The notes: generated by a model from the sequence alone, not told the origin. A stretch of 64,000 bases of DNA from Patescibacteria group bacterium (GCA_018971685.1 JAGXAG010000002.1:2276-66275); one strand, 5' to 3'; shown: positions 1 to 9,367, numbered from the stretch's first letter. Numbers and translations: made by a program.

Positions 1-106
1 TCTACCAAATGAGCTAATGGCCCGCGCGTCTCAACGATCTCTGACTGAGATAATCTAGCACAAATTGAGAATTTTTCCAAAACACGCTATGCTGAGATCC
101 GTGATC

Positions 107-177
107 CGGGCTGTAGTATAGTGGTAGTATACATCCATGGGGTGGATGCGGTCCGGGTTCGATTCCCGGCAGCCCGA
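107..177 (+). tRNA. tRNA-Pro (anticodon GGG)
   Basis: Cloverleaf folded by hand. Acceptor CGGGCTG/CAGCCCG. Anticodon stem CATCC/GGATG, loop ATGGGGT gives anticodon GGG. T-arm CCGGG-TTCGATT-CCCGG. Discriminator A. Confidence 0.8.
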
Positions 178-219
178 CAACGGTATGCCGAAGCTCCGGA
201 AGAGCGCAGGCGACCAGAA

Positions 220-293
220 GCACCCTTAGCTCAGTCGGCTAGAGCGCGCCCTTCACACGGGCGAGGTCGCAAGTTCGAGCCTTGCAGGGTGCA
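220..293 (+). tRNA. tRNA-Val (anticodon CAC)
   Basis: Acceptor GCACCCT/AGGGTGC. D-stem GCTC/GAGC. Anticodon stem CGCCC/GGGCG, loop TTCACAC gives anticodon CAC. T-stem GCAAG/CTTGC. Discriminator A. Confidence 0.8.
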
Positions 294-357
294 CCGTTTT
301 GTTAAAGTTTTGTGCGGCGCGAGTGCGATGCTTGTCGTCGCGCAGCTGAATATTTTA

Positions 358-1950
358 TCAGCCAGTGTTCAAAGGCAGGGAAAATGAGAAGGTGCTGCCC
401 TTGCCCGGACCCTCCGATTCCGCACGGATGCGGCCATGATAATGAGAAATAATCCGCTTGGCCATGTATAGGCCTATGCCCATGCCTTCGGTATAAGCGG
501 AACGGGCGCGTGCGCCGCGGTAAAATTTGCCGAAAAGCAATTGCAATTCCTCTTTCGGTATGCCTATGCCGCTGTCTTTGACGGAAAATACGGCCATGTC
601 GCCGTTTCCGCGCGTTACTGCGACTTGTATTTTGCCGTTCGGCTCGGAATAATGAATGGCGTTTTCCAATAGTACCTGCGCGGCAAATTTGACGCGACTC
701 TCATCGCAAATAACATTCAAACCGAGCGAGATATCTTTGACCAGCGTTATGTTTCTGGACTCAAAAGCATCTTTCAAATTGTTGATGGAGGCTTCTGCCA
801 AGGAAGACAGATTGACTTCGGCTTCGCGGTATTGATAACCCGCCGCGTCCGGTTCGGAGATATTGACGAGTGCATCAGTCAAACCGACGAGTTTGGAGTC
901 TGCTTCGCGGATGTAGTCGATCTGCGTGCGCAGAGCGGCGTCGGAGACTGCATCAGTCAGATTTTCGGCCGCCCATTTGATCTGTGTCAGAGGCGTACGG
1001 AACTTATGAGTGACAACAGTGACGAATTCGTATTTCATCACATCTTCTTCGCGCAATTTGCGCCACACGAATACTGCTACGGTAACGACGACGGCCGCCG
1101 ACGCCAGCGGCCCTACCCAGATGGGAAAACTTGAATTGGCTTGATTGAGCGAACGGTTTACATAATCGATCATGGCGATAAATCCGCCGATCAAACCTAT
1201 CGACAGGCTGTAGGCGAACGCCTGTTTGGCGATGATCTTGACGCTGAACAGTTCGTATTTCACGACGCCGTAAAGGAGCGGTGCGGCAAAAATGCCCGTA
1301 AATATACCCCAGAGAGGGTCAACGGGTATGTTATAGACCAGGAGATTCGGTAAAAAGCCGATGCTGTAGCCGATCACGATCGCCCACAAAAAATAAGACA
1401 ATTGCTTGCGTCTGTCGGCGTTGGTTTCGCGGCGACAGGCCTGGGCCAATTTCACGACCATGTAAGGCACAGCTATGCCGAAAAGCAACAACAATCGCAC
1501 GAAGTTCAGCGGCCCGGGGTTGTAATAATTCGGAAAATACATTTTCGGCACTGACGGCAATAAGAATAGATCGGGACTCGCCACGGAAATTATCACGAAC
1601 AAAACAGCCATAACATACATGAATATTATTGCCGGCGAAATCTTCCGGCCATTTCCGAGGATGGCGAACACGGCGTGGGCGTTGAATATGCCTATGAATG
1701 GTATGGCCAGATTGAACATCAATATTTCGCGCGACAACCCGTGGTCCGATACATTCACACCGATTACATGAGACAACGCATAAACAGCCAGAGACAGCAT
1801 TGCCAACGAAAAAGTAACATTGACAATGGAACGCGAATTATTGAGCAAAATGAAAATCGACAAGCCCAGGCCGACTACCGAAAGCGAAACGAAGCCGATG
1901 TTATGGAAGAGTAAGTGCAGATCCATCGAAGTATGTCGATATTGTACCAC
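358..1950 (-). CDS. Two-component sensor histidine kinase (multi-TM N-terminus, HisKA + HATPase_c)
   Basis: The 530-aa ORF has N-terminal hydrophobic TM segments. H-box HKFRTPLTQIKWAAENL. G-box-like GIGIPKEELQLLFGKFYRG in the C-terminal ATPase region. Start could be an internal Met (M9). Confidence 0.85.
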   Translation of the reverse strand: MVQYRHTSMDLHLLFHNIGFVSLSVVGLGLSIFILLNNSRSIVNVTFSLAMLSLAVYALSHVIGVNVSDHGLSREILMFNLAIPFIGIFNAHAVFAILGNGRKISPAIIFMYVMAVLFVIISVASPDLFLLPSVPKMYFPNYYNPGPLNFVRLLLLFGIAVPYMVVKLAQACRRETNADRRKQLSYFLWAIVIGYSIGFLPNLLVYNIPVDPLWGIFTGIFAAPLLYGVVKYELFSVKIIAKQAFAYSLSIGLIGGFIAMIDYVNRSLNQANSSFPIWVGPLASAAVVVTVAVFVWRKLREEDVMKYEFVTVVTHKFRTPLTQIKWAAENLTDAVSDAALRTQIDYIREADSKLVGLTDALVNISEPDAAGYQYREAEVNLSSLAEASINNLKDAFESRNITLVKDISLGLNVICDESRVKFAAQVLLENAIHYSEPNGKIQVAVTRGNGDMAVFSVKDSGIGIPKEELQLLFGKFYRGARARSAYTEGMGIGLYMAKRIISHYHGRIRAESEGPGKGSTFSFSLPLNTG

Positions 1951-2242
1951 GGACGCCGTCTTGCAAAAACGCCATCTATCTGCGAAACTAAAATTGCCAT
2001 GGAAACATTCGCGTCGATAGTATCGCAGCTTTGGTCAATCTGGGCGGAAATGCTCGAGGCTGTTTGGTCGATCTTGCCCAAAGCAATTTCTTTTTTGTTC
2101 TGGGTGTTGTCGGCCATTGTCATATTGCCGTGCGTGTTCGTGGCGGGACAGTTGTATCCGAAATGGGTGGAGTGGGGAGAAGATTTATAGTTTGTCGTTG
2201 GCAATGATAAGTTATCGGTTTGACAGGAAAAATATAAAAGCG

Positions 2243-3697
2243 ATGCCAATTGATATTCAGAATAATAACGGAAAAATATCGCATCCGACAATCTTCGTAA
2301 TATTCGGGATTACCGGGGATTTGGCGGCCAGGAAGCTTTTGCCGGCGCTGATCGGACTATACGCCAAGAAATTGTTACCGGATAGATTTTGCGTGATCGG
2401 ATTTTCGAGGAGGTCATTCTCCAGGGAAGAATTCCGGGAATTGATCCGCGGCCGGCTCAATATACGTCCGGGCCAATTCAAGGAAGAAGACATCAAGCAT
2501 TTTTTCGATAAAGTTTCATATGAACAGGGGCACTTCGATTCACCGGCGGCTTACGGCCGGTTGTCGAAACAGGTTGAAGCGATCGACAAACAATGGGGAC
2601 AATGTTCGAACAAACTTTTTCATCTGTCGGTACCGCCGAGCTTGTACGAAGGCATACTGAATAATTTGGCGACATCCAAGCTGACAGTGCCTTGCGGTGA
2701 CGGCACCGGCTGGACGCGTATTTTGATCGAGAAGCCGTTCGGTAACGATATCGAAACAGCCGCTTCACTGGACAAACTGCTCGGCAAACTATTCAAGGAA
2801 GAACAAATTTTCCGTATTGACCATTATTTGGCCAAAGAGGTCTTGCAGAACATCCTGGCCTTTCGTTTTCATAATTCGCTGTTTGAGCCGGTTTGGAACA
2901 GAAAATTTGTCAGCCGCGTTCACATCAAGCTGTTCGAAAAGATCGGTGTAGAAGGGCGCGGCGCGCTTTATGACAAGATCGGCGCTTTAACGGATGTGGG
3001 CCAAAATCATATGTTGCAAATGCTGTCTTTGATAGCCATGGAACGTCCGAAATCATTCGATGCCGTCGGCGTGCGGCGCGCGCGCGCCAAGACGATGCGG
3101 ATGGTCGAAACGATCAAGCCGAAACAGCTCGGCCGTTTGGCGGCGCGCGGGCAATACGAAGGATACTTGAATGAACCGGGCGTGTTGCCGGGATCAAAAA
3201 CCGAAACCTATTTTCGCATTGAGGCCAAAGTGAATAACACGCGATGGAAAGGAGTGCCTTTTTACCTAGAGAGCGGCAAGGGTTTTGCCGACAGTAGGAC
3301 AGAAATTGACATATACTTCAACGGCAATAATGTTCATGGCTGGTTGCGTAAGGACGAATCGCACGGCGAATTCGCGAAAGTATCGCGGCAAAATATTTTG
3401 ACTTTCAGGATCCAGCCGGAAGAATGCATCAAAGTGCGGTTTTTCGTTAAGGCGCCTGGCAAGTCGTGGATTACAGAGCCGCGGACGCTAAAATTCAAGT
3501 ATTCCGATGTTCCGGAATATTCGGATTTGCCGAACGATTACGAACGGCTGATCGGCGATGCGTTTTCGGGGGACCAGATGCTGTTTGCTTCGACGGAAGA
3601 GATCATGGCATCTTGGCGGTTTATCACACCGATAGCGGAGAACTGGAGCAAGGTGCCGCTCAAAATTTACAAGAGGGGAGTGAGGGAAATTGAGTGA
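2243..3697 (+). CDS. zwf: Glucose-6-phosphate 1-dehydrogenase
   Basis: N-terminal NADP-binding motif FGITGDLAARKLLPAL (GxxGDLA type). Active-site RIDHYLAKE motif. About 485 aa from the internal ATG at 2243; the ORF track starts upstream at 2117. Confidence 0.9.
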   Translation: MPIDIQNNNGKISHPTIFVIFGITGDLAARKLLPALIGLYAKKLLPDRFCVIGFSRRSFSREEFRELIRGRLNIRPGQFKEEDIKHFFDKVSYEQGHFDSPAAYGRLSKQVEAIDKQWGQCSNKLFHLSVPPSLYEGILNNLATSKLTVPCGDGTGWTRILIEKPFGNDIETAASLDKLLGKLFKEEQIFRIDHYLAKEVLQNILAFRFHNSLFEPVWNRKFVSRVHIKLFEKIGVEGRGALYDKIGALTDVGQNHMLQMLSLIAMERPKSFDAVGVRRARAKTMRMVETIKPKQLGRLAARGQYEGYLNEPGVLPGSKTETYFRIEAKVNNTRWKGVPFYLESGKGFADSRTEIDIYFNGNNVHGWLRKDESHGEFAKVSRQNILTFRIQPEECIKVRFFVKAPGKSWITEPRTLKFKYSDVPEYSDLPNDYERLIGDAFSGDQMLFASTEEIMASWRFITPIAENWSKVPLKIYKRGVREIE

Positions 3698-3714
3698 GTT
3701 TACAATTTATAACC

Positions 3715-4713
3715 ATGTCCCTATCCATCGGAATCGTCGGCCTGCCGAATGTGGGAAAATCCACATTGTTCAACGCGCTCACGAAAAAGACCGTGCCGGC
3801 GGAAAATTATCCGTTTTGCACGATCGACCCTTCGGTGGGAGTGGTGGCGGTGCCGGACGAAAGATTGAATAAACTTTCGGAATTTTCTAAATCGGCAAAG
3901 ACGGTGCCGGCGGCGGTTCAATTTACAGACATAGCGGGGCTGGTGAAGGGCGCCTCGGAAGGCGAGGGGCTTGGCAACCAATTCCTTTCTCATATCCGCG
4001 AAACGGACGCTATCGCCGAAGTGGTGAGGATTTTCGAAGACGATGATATCATTCATGTCAACAACAAAGTCGATCCGCTGAATGATATCGGCGTCATCAA
4101 CCTCGAATTGATCCTGGCGGATTTGCAGACGGTGACGAAGCGACAAGCGTCGATAGGCAAAGAAGTCAAAGCCGGCAAAAAGGAGGCAGTCATTGAAGCA
4201 AGTCTTCTGGAAAAGCTGGCTAAGGTCCTGAAAGGCGGTGAGCTGGCATCGGCGGTAAAAGTGGATGAGCAGGAAACGCCGATCCTGAAGAGGTTGTGCC
4301 TGATCAGCGCCAAGCCGATCTTGTATGTCCTGAACACTTCCGAAGCCGGCAAAAATCTCGATGAAATAGAGTCGAAAATTTCCGGACCTTTGGTCAAAGT
4401 CGATCCAATATTCGAGAAGGGATTGGGAGATCTTATCAGGAAAAGTTACGAAATCTTGAACTTGATCACCTTTTTCACCACCGGCGCGGACGAGACTCGA
4501 GGCTGGACGATCCGGCGCGGCTCGACCGCTCCCGAAGCCGGTGCCGCTATTCATGGCGATTTCAAGGACAAATTCATCAAAGCGGAGGTGATCGAGTGGG
4601 ACAAACTGTTATCCGCCGGATCATATGCGAATGCCCGCGAAAATGGCTTGTTGCGCACCGAAGGTAAAGAGTATTTGGTCAAAGACGGAGATGTGATAGA
4701 GTTTAAGGTCTAG
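3715..4713 (+). CDS. ychF: Ribosome-binding ATPase YchF (Obg-like GTPase family)
   Basis: P-loop IGIVGLPNVGKSTLFNALT. NKVD box. C-terminal TGS-like region. Start chosen at Met 8 (MSLSIGIVG). Confidence 0.9.
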   Translation: MSLSIGIVGLPNVGKSTLFNALTKKTVPAENYPFCTIDPSVGVVAVPDERLNKLSEFSKSAKTVPAAVQFTDIAGLVKGASEGEGLGNQFLSHIRETDAIAEVVRIFEDDDIIHVNNKVDPLNDIGVINLELILADLQTVTKRQASIGKEVKAGKKEAVIEASLLEKLAKVLKGGELASAVKVDEQETPILKRLCLISAKPILYVLNTSEAGKNLDEIESKISGPLVKVDPIFEKGLGDLIRKSYEILNLITFFTTGADETRGWTIRRGSTAPEAGAAIHGDFKDKFIKAEVIEWDKLLSAGSYANARENGLLRTEGKEYLVKDGDVIEFKV

Positions 4714-4746
4714 GAAAAATTTTAGACTTGGTACATACTTATTGTT

Positions 4747-5031
4747 ATGTATCAAAGACCCTACACAGCCGAAGAAATTCGAAAATTCTATCCAGATAAA
4801 GCAGAAATTCTGTTAAAAGATTCAGTACATTTATGGAGAGCTGAAACTGGAATTGAATTGATTCACAAAGAGCCGACATTGGAGGAACAGGAAAGAATCT
4901 GGAAGAATTGGAATGAGATGACTGAAGAAATGAAAGCTCAAAGTGATGCAAAAAGTAAGGAACTCTTCGGAATGGACAATGCCACTCATAATCAGGAAAT
5001 TATGAGTAATTGGGGCATAAAGAAGACGTAG
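4747..5031 (+). CDS. Hypothetical 94-aa protein in an AT-rich island
   Basis: Intact ORF in a visibly AT-rich stretch between ychF and leuS. No recognisable motif. Confidence 0.35.
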   Translation: MYQRPYTAEEIRKFYPDKAEILLKDSVHLWRAETGIELIHKEPTLEEQERIWKNWNEMTEEMKAQSDAKSKELFGMDNATHNQEIMSNWGIKKT

Positions 5032-5075
5032 GTCTCATAGAGTTTAAAATATAAATATGATATAAATATTTGTGT

Positions 5076-5246
5076 ATGTTCAAGAAAAAATCCTCGAGAA
5101 AGAAGTTTGTGAATTATCGAGCCAACGAAACGCACTATCAGCCGATCGCGAGTTTCGCGGTGCAAGATAGATTTTACAAATACTTCTTTTTGGCGATTCT
5201 TTTTACGATCGTCACAGCCGTTTATGTCGCCCTGCACATCCGGTGA
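5076..5246 (+). CDS. Hypothetical 56-aa protein with a C-terminal TM tail (basic N-terminus MFKKKSSRKK)
   Basis: ATG at 5076, TGA at 5244. Hydrophobic C-terminus FFLAILFTIVTAVYVAL. Immediately followed by an intrinsic terminator. Confidence 0.3.
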   Translation: MFKKKSSRKKFVNYRANETHYQPIASFAVQDRFYKYFFLAILFTIVTAVYVALHIR

Positions 5247-5271
5247 TGGCAGGTGCTCCGTTGTTTCTTTC

Positions 5272-5302
5272 GAGTCGCCTTGCCTGCGGAGGCGACTTTT
5301 TT
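5272..5302 (+). terminator. Rho-independent terminator (stem AGTCGCCT / AGGCGACT followed by T-tract)
   Basis: 8-bp GC-rich stem, 9-nt loop, then TTTTTTT just upstream of the leuS start. Confidence 0.5.
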
Positions 5303-5320
5303 TATGTGGCGAATTGAGTT

Positions 5321-8224
5321 ATGATGATTTTCATGAAAAAAGAACAGAAATACGCACCCGCCAAGATAGAGAAAAAGTGGCAGAAAAAGTGGGCGGCGGC
5401 GAAAATCTATAAGACGAAAGAAGGCGGAAAGACCGGTAATAAAAGTTCACCGCAAGATAAATATTATGTGCTCGACATGTTCCCATACCCGTCCGGCGAA
5501 GGCTTGCATGTCGGCCACCCCAAGGGCTATATCGCCACCGATGTTGTTTCCCGAATGAAACGCATGCAGGGCAAGAATGTGTTGCACCCCATGGGTTTCG
5601 ACGCTTTCGGACTGCCGGCAGAAAATTACGCGCTCAAGATGAAGAAAAATCCGATGGACTTGACCGCCAAGAATGTGAAGCGGTTCAAAGATCAGCTGGA
5701 AATTCTCGGCTTCGATTATGATTGGTCGCGCGAAGTCAACACCACCGATCCGAAATATTACAAATGGACGCAATGGATATTCTTGCAACTTTTCAAGAAG
5801 GGCCTGGCTTACGAATCATTCGAGCCCATCAACTGGTGTCCTTCATGCAAAACCGGCCTTGCCAACGAAGACATCGAAAACGGCCGTTGCGAGCGCTGTG
5901 GCACACCGGTTGAGAAGAAGCCGATGCGTCAGTGGGTTTTGAAGATTACTGATTATGCGGAGAGGCTTCTGAATGATCTGGATGCAAAAAATAATGACGG
6001 CAAGCCGCTTCTCGATTGGCCGGAATCGATAAAAGAGGCGCAGAGGAATTGGATAGGGAGGAGCGAGGGAGCACTGATAAAGTTTCGATTCCAAGGTCGG
6101 ACCTTGGAAGTGGAAGTATTCACGACGCGGCCGGATACTTTGTTCGGCGTGACTTATTTGGTATTGGCGCCGGAGCACAAACTAGTCCAAGAATTATTGG
6201 CTGATGTGGAAAATCGCAAAGAGGTCGAGGAATATGTCTCAAAAGCGCGATTGGAGACGGAAATAGAGCGCACTGATGTCAAAAAAGAGAAAACGGGCGT
6301 GGAATTGAAAGGCATCAAGGCGATAAACCCGGCCAACAATGAAGAGGTGCCTGTATGGGTGGCCGACTATGTTCTGGCCGATTACGGCACAGGCGCCGTC
6401 ATGGCGGTGCCGGCGCACGATGAGCGCGATTGGGAGTTTGCGAAGAAATTTGATTTGCCTATAAAGGATGTTGTTAGGCATGTTTGGGGCAATAAATTAC
6501 CTAATGAAGAATTTAGAAAAAGTGTATGTGCAATAGTTAGGAATAAGAAAGACGGCAAAATATTATTATTAAAGTGGAAAAACGGTGAGAAATGGATTTC
6601 CCCGGTGATCGGGGGTGTTGAGGATAGAGAATCATATGAAGATGCTGCAGTACGAGAGGTCTTGGAAGAAACTGGTTACAAAGCAAAAATAGTTGAACCT
6701 ATAAGTTTTGAAATAGATTCTCATTTTTTCGCTACACATAAAGGTATTGCTAGGCATAGGACAATCAAACATTTCCTTCTGGAAACAAATGAAGATAGTC
6801 ATGTAGGTGTTTCTAAGAAAGAATCTGAAAAACATGAACTATTTTGGACCACTCTCGATGATGCAATAAGTTGTATAACTCACAGTGATAATAAAATAGG
6901 TCTACAGGGAATTAAATCTGGAAACTATTCCTATATTGGAGAAGGTGTTCTGGTTAATTCTGGTCAATTCAACGGAAAAAATTCAGAGGAAGTCAAAAAA
7001 GAAATCACGGACTTTGTTGGCGGGAAATGGGTGACGAAATACAAATTGCGAGACTGGGTATTCTCGCGGCAAAGGTATTGGGGCGAACCGATCCCGATCA
7101 TTCATTGCGGGAAGTGCGGCGTAGTGCCGGTGCCCGAGAAAGATCTGCCGGTCAAATTACCGAAAGTGAAGTCGTACGAGCCGACCGGGACCGGGGAATC
7201 ACCATTGGCGGCCATAAAGAATTGGGTGAATGTGAAGTGTTCGAAATGCAAAGGCCCGGCCAAAAGAGAGACAAATACCATGCCGCAATGGGCCGGTTCG
7301 TCTTGGTATTATTTGAGATACGAGGATCCCAAGAATGCCAAGAAATTGGTTGATCCGAATAAAGAGAAATACTGGTCGCCTGTTGATCTCTATGTCGGCG
7401 GCGCCGAACATGCCACGCGGCACCTAATTTACGCGCGTTTTTGGCACAAATTCTTATATGACATAGGCGTCGTTTCGGCGATCGAGCCGTTCAAGAAGCT
7501 CCAGAATGTGGGGCTCATTATGGGTGAAGATGGTAGAAAGATGTCCAAGCGGTTTGGCAATGTGGTCAATCCTGACGACATTGTGAATGCTTACGGCGCC
7601 GATACCATGCGCATTTACGAAATGTTCATGGGGCCCTTTGATCAACAGATTTCATGGAGCACTTCAAGCATGGTCGGTGCTCGCAGATTCATTGAAAGAG
7701 TATGGAAATTAAGAAAACACACGGCGAGCGAGGAGGGAGAGGCGCCGACCGGGCGCGTTGATAAAATCTTACATAAGACCATCAAAAAGGTTACGAAAGA
7801 TATCGATGACCTAAAATTCAACACCGCAGTAAGTTCACTCATGATTGCCGCCAACGAATTGGAAAAAGTTAAGTCAATAAGCCGCGAGCAGTTCGAAATA
7901 CTGTTGAAACTGCTGGCGCCGTTCATCCCACATGTTGCCGATGAATTGTGGACCGGTTTCGGCAACAAGAGATCAATCCATGTCTCGGGATGGCCGGTGT
8001 GCGACGAGAAGTTGTCGGCTGAGGAAAAAGTGACGATTGCCGTGCAAGTCAATGGCAAAACGCGCGGTTCATTCGAGGCACTTATTGATATTCCTGACGA
8101 TGAATTGAAAAATAAGGCTCTTAGTTTGCCGGAAATAAAAAAATGGATTGACGGTAAAGTTTTGAAGAAAACCATCGTCGTTAAAAACAAGTTGGTCAGT
8201 CTTGTGGCCTCTGATTTATCTTAA
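5321..8224 (+). CDS. leuS: Leucyl-tRNA synthetase carrying an inserted Nudix hydrolase domain (about aa 386-540)
   Basis: HIGH motif HVGHPKGY. KMSKS motif KMSKRFGN. CP1 editing-domain end-motif VPAHDERDWEFA. C-terminal anticodon-binding region. Between ...LPIKDVV and GEGVLVNSGQFNG lies about 155 aa with a perfect Nudix box GGVEDRESYEDAAVREVLEETGY. Confidence 0.95.
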   Translation: MMIFMKKEQKYAPAKIEKKWQKKWAAAKIYKTKEGGKTGNKSSPQDKYYVLDMFPYPSGEGLHVGHPKGYIATDVVSRMKRMQGKNVLHPMGFDAFGLPAENYALKMKKNPMDLTAKNVKRFKDQLEILGFDYDWSREVNTTDPKYYKWTQWIFLQLFKKGLAYESFEPINWCPSCKTGLANEDIENGRCERCGTPVEKKPMRQWVLKITDYAERLLNDLDAKNNDGKPLLDWPESIKEAQRNWIGRSEGALIKFRFQGRTLEVEVFTTRPDTLFGVTYLVLAPEHKLVQELLADVENRKEVEEYVSKARLETEIERTDVKKEKTGVELKGIKAINPANNEEVPVWVADYVLADYGTGAVMAVPAHDERDWEFAKKFDLPIKDVVRHVWGNKLPNEEFRKSVCAIVRNKKDGKILLLKWKNGEKWISPVIGGVEDRESYEDAAVREVLEETGYKAKIVEPISFEIDSHFFATHKGIARHRTIKHFLLETNEDSHVGVSKKESEKHELFWTTLDDAISCITHSDNKIGLQGIKSGNYSYIGEGVLVNSGQFNGKNSEEVKKEITDFVGGKWVTKYKLRDWVFSRQRYWGEPIPIIHCGKCGVVPVPEKDLPVKLPKVKSYEPTGTGESPLAAIKNWVNVKCSKCKGPAKRETNTMPQWAGSSWYYLRYEDPKNAKKLVDPNKEKYWSPVDLYVGGAEHATRHLIYARFWHKFLYDIGVVSAIEPFKKLQNVGLIMGEDGRKMSKRFGNVVNPDDIVNAYGADTMRIYEMFMGPFDQQISWSTSSMVGARRFIERVWKLRKHTASEEGEAPTGRVDKILHKTIKKVTKDIDDLKFNTAVSSLMIAANELEKVKSISREQFEILLKLLAPFIPHVADELWTGFGNKRSIHVSGWPVCDEKLSAEEKVTIAVQVNGKTRGSFEALIDIPDDELKNKALSLPEIKKWIDGKVLKKTIVVKNKLVSLVASDLS

Positions 8225-8249
8225 AAATCTATCCACAATCCCGTCGCGC

Positions 8250-8278
8250 TTGACTTGTGAACAACAAGGTGATAAAAA
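8250..8278 (+). promoter_or_regulatory. Candidate sigma70-type promoter (TTGACT - 17 nt - TAAAAA) upstream of the 8321 gene
   Basis: -35 TTGACT at 8250-8255. 17-nt spacer. A-rich -10-like hexamer at 8273-8278. About 43 nt upstream of the ATG. Confidence 0.3.
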
Positions 8279-8320
8279 TAAAGTCTCGAACGAGACAACA
8301 TTATAAGTAAACAAGCAAAC

Positions 8321-9367
8321 ATGGCCAACGCAACAGTTTCATTCAAGCCAAAACAGGTCGTAAAGAGACTTTTATCTCCGTTACCGGATCGAGCCAGGGA
8401 AGTTATGCAGATGCGTTTCGGATTGGGTAAGGATGTCCGCATGCTGACTCTGGACTCCATAGGACAAAAATACGGCATTACCAGAGAGCGCGTGCGCCAG
8501 ATCGAAGCGTATTCCATAGAATCGATCCGCAAATCCGAGGAATATCGTCTAGAAAAAGCCGCCTTTGCGGAATTGGAGGAACTGTTGTATTCGTTGGGCG
8601 GAGTAATCGTCGAAGATGATCTTCTCGGCCATGTATCCAAAGACAAGAGCTTGCGCAATCATATCCATTTCCTGCTTGCGATCGGCGAACCGTTCAAAAA
8701 GCTCAAAGAAGACGATGACTTCCGGCATCGCTGGCATGTCAACGAAGAGTTGGCGAAAAGTGTGGAGAACGCGCTCAAAAAGCTTTATGACAATCTCAGC
8801 ACTGACGATCTTTTGCCGGAATCAGAAGTTATCAACAAGTTCTTGAAACATTTGGAAGAAGTCTCGGAAAAATACAAAAATCAAGAGGTGATAAAGCGCT
8901 GGTTGGCCATATCCAAGCGCATAGGCAAAAACGCGCTCGGTGATTGGGGTTCGGCCAAATCGTCGAACATTAAGAACAAGGGTGTGCGCGATTACGCTTT
9001 TTTGGTGGTGCGCAAACACGGTTCGCCGATCCATTTTCGCGAGGTCGCCAAGCAGATCGAAAAGCTGTTCAATAAAAAGGCGCACACGGCAACGACGCAT
9101 AACGAGCTCATCAAAGACAAGAGATTTGTCTTGGTCGGCCGCGGCCTTTACGCTCTGGCCGAGTGGGGCTATATGCCGGGTGTCGTTCGCGATGTCATTC
9201 AGGCCATCATTGCCAAACACGGACCGATGACCAAGGACGAAATCGTCGACAAGGTGATGAAAGAGCGTTATGTCAAGGAAAATACCGTTACAGTCAATTT
9301 GCAAAACCCGAAGTATTTCAGGAGGGATGGAAGCGGCAAGTATTCGGTGGCGGCGGTGGTTCAGTAA
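8321..9367 (+). CDS. Sigma-70 region-4 HTH domain protein with C-terminal HARE-HTH-like winged helix
   Basis: N-terminus REVMQMRFGLGKDVRMLTLDSIGQKYGITRERVRQIEAYSIESIRK matches sigma-70 region 4.2 (RpoD-like MRFG...TRERIRQIEAKAL). C-terminal YAFLVVRKHGSPIHFREVAKQIEKLF...RFVLVGRGLYALAEWG matches the HARE-HTH pattern of RNAP delta subunit N-domains. Confidence 0.6.
   Translation: MANATVSFKPKQVVKRLLSPLPDRAREVMQMRFGLGKDVRMLTLDSIGQKYGITRERVRQIEAYSIESIRKSEEYRLEKAAFAELEELLYSLGGVIVEDDLLGHVSKDKSLRNHIHFLLAIGEPFKKLKEDDDFRHRWHVNEELAKSVENALKKLYDNLSTDDLLPESEVINKFLKHLEEVSEKYKNQEVIKRWLAISKRIGKNALGDWGSAKSSNIKNKGVRDYAFLVVRKHGSPIHFREVAKQIEKLFNKKAHTATTHNELIKDKRFVLVGRGLYALAEWGYMPGVVRDVIQAIIAKHGPMTKDEIVDKVMKERYVKENTVTVNLQNPKYFRRDGSGKYSVAAVVQ

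Noticed and set aside
14-223. 69-aa minus-strand ORF at the window start
   Set aside because: Lies antisense across the two clearly folding tRNA genes (Pro, Val), so it is almost certainly spurious.
3721-4554. 277-aa minus-strand ORF
   Set aside because: Entirely antisense to the well-supported ychF gene. Arg/His-rich composition typical of antisense frames in GC-moderate genes.
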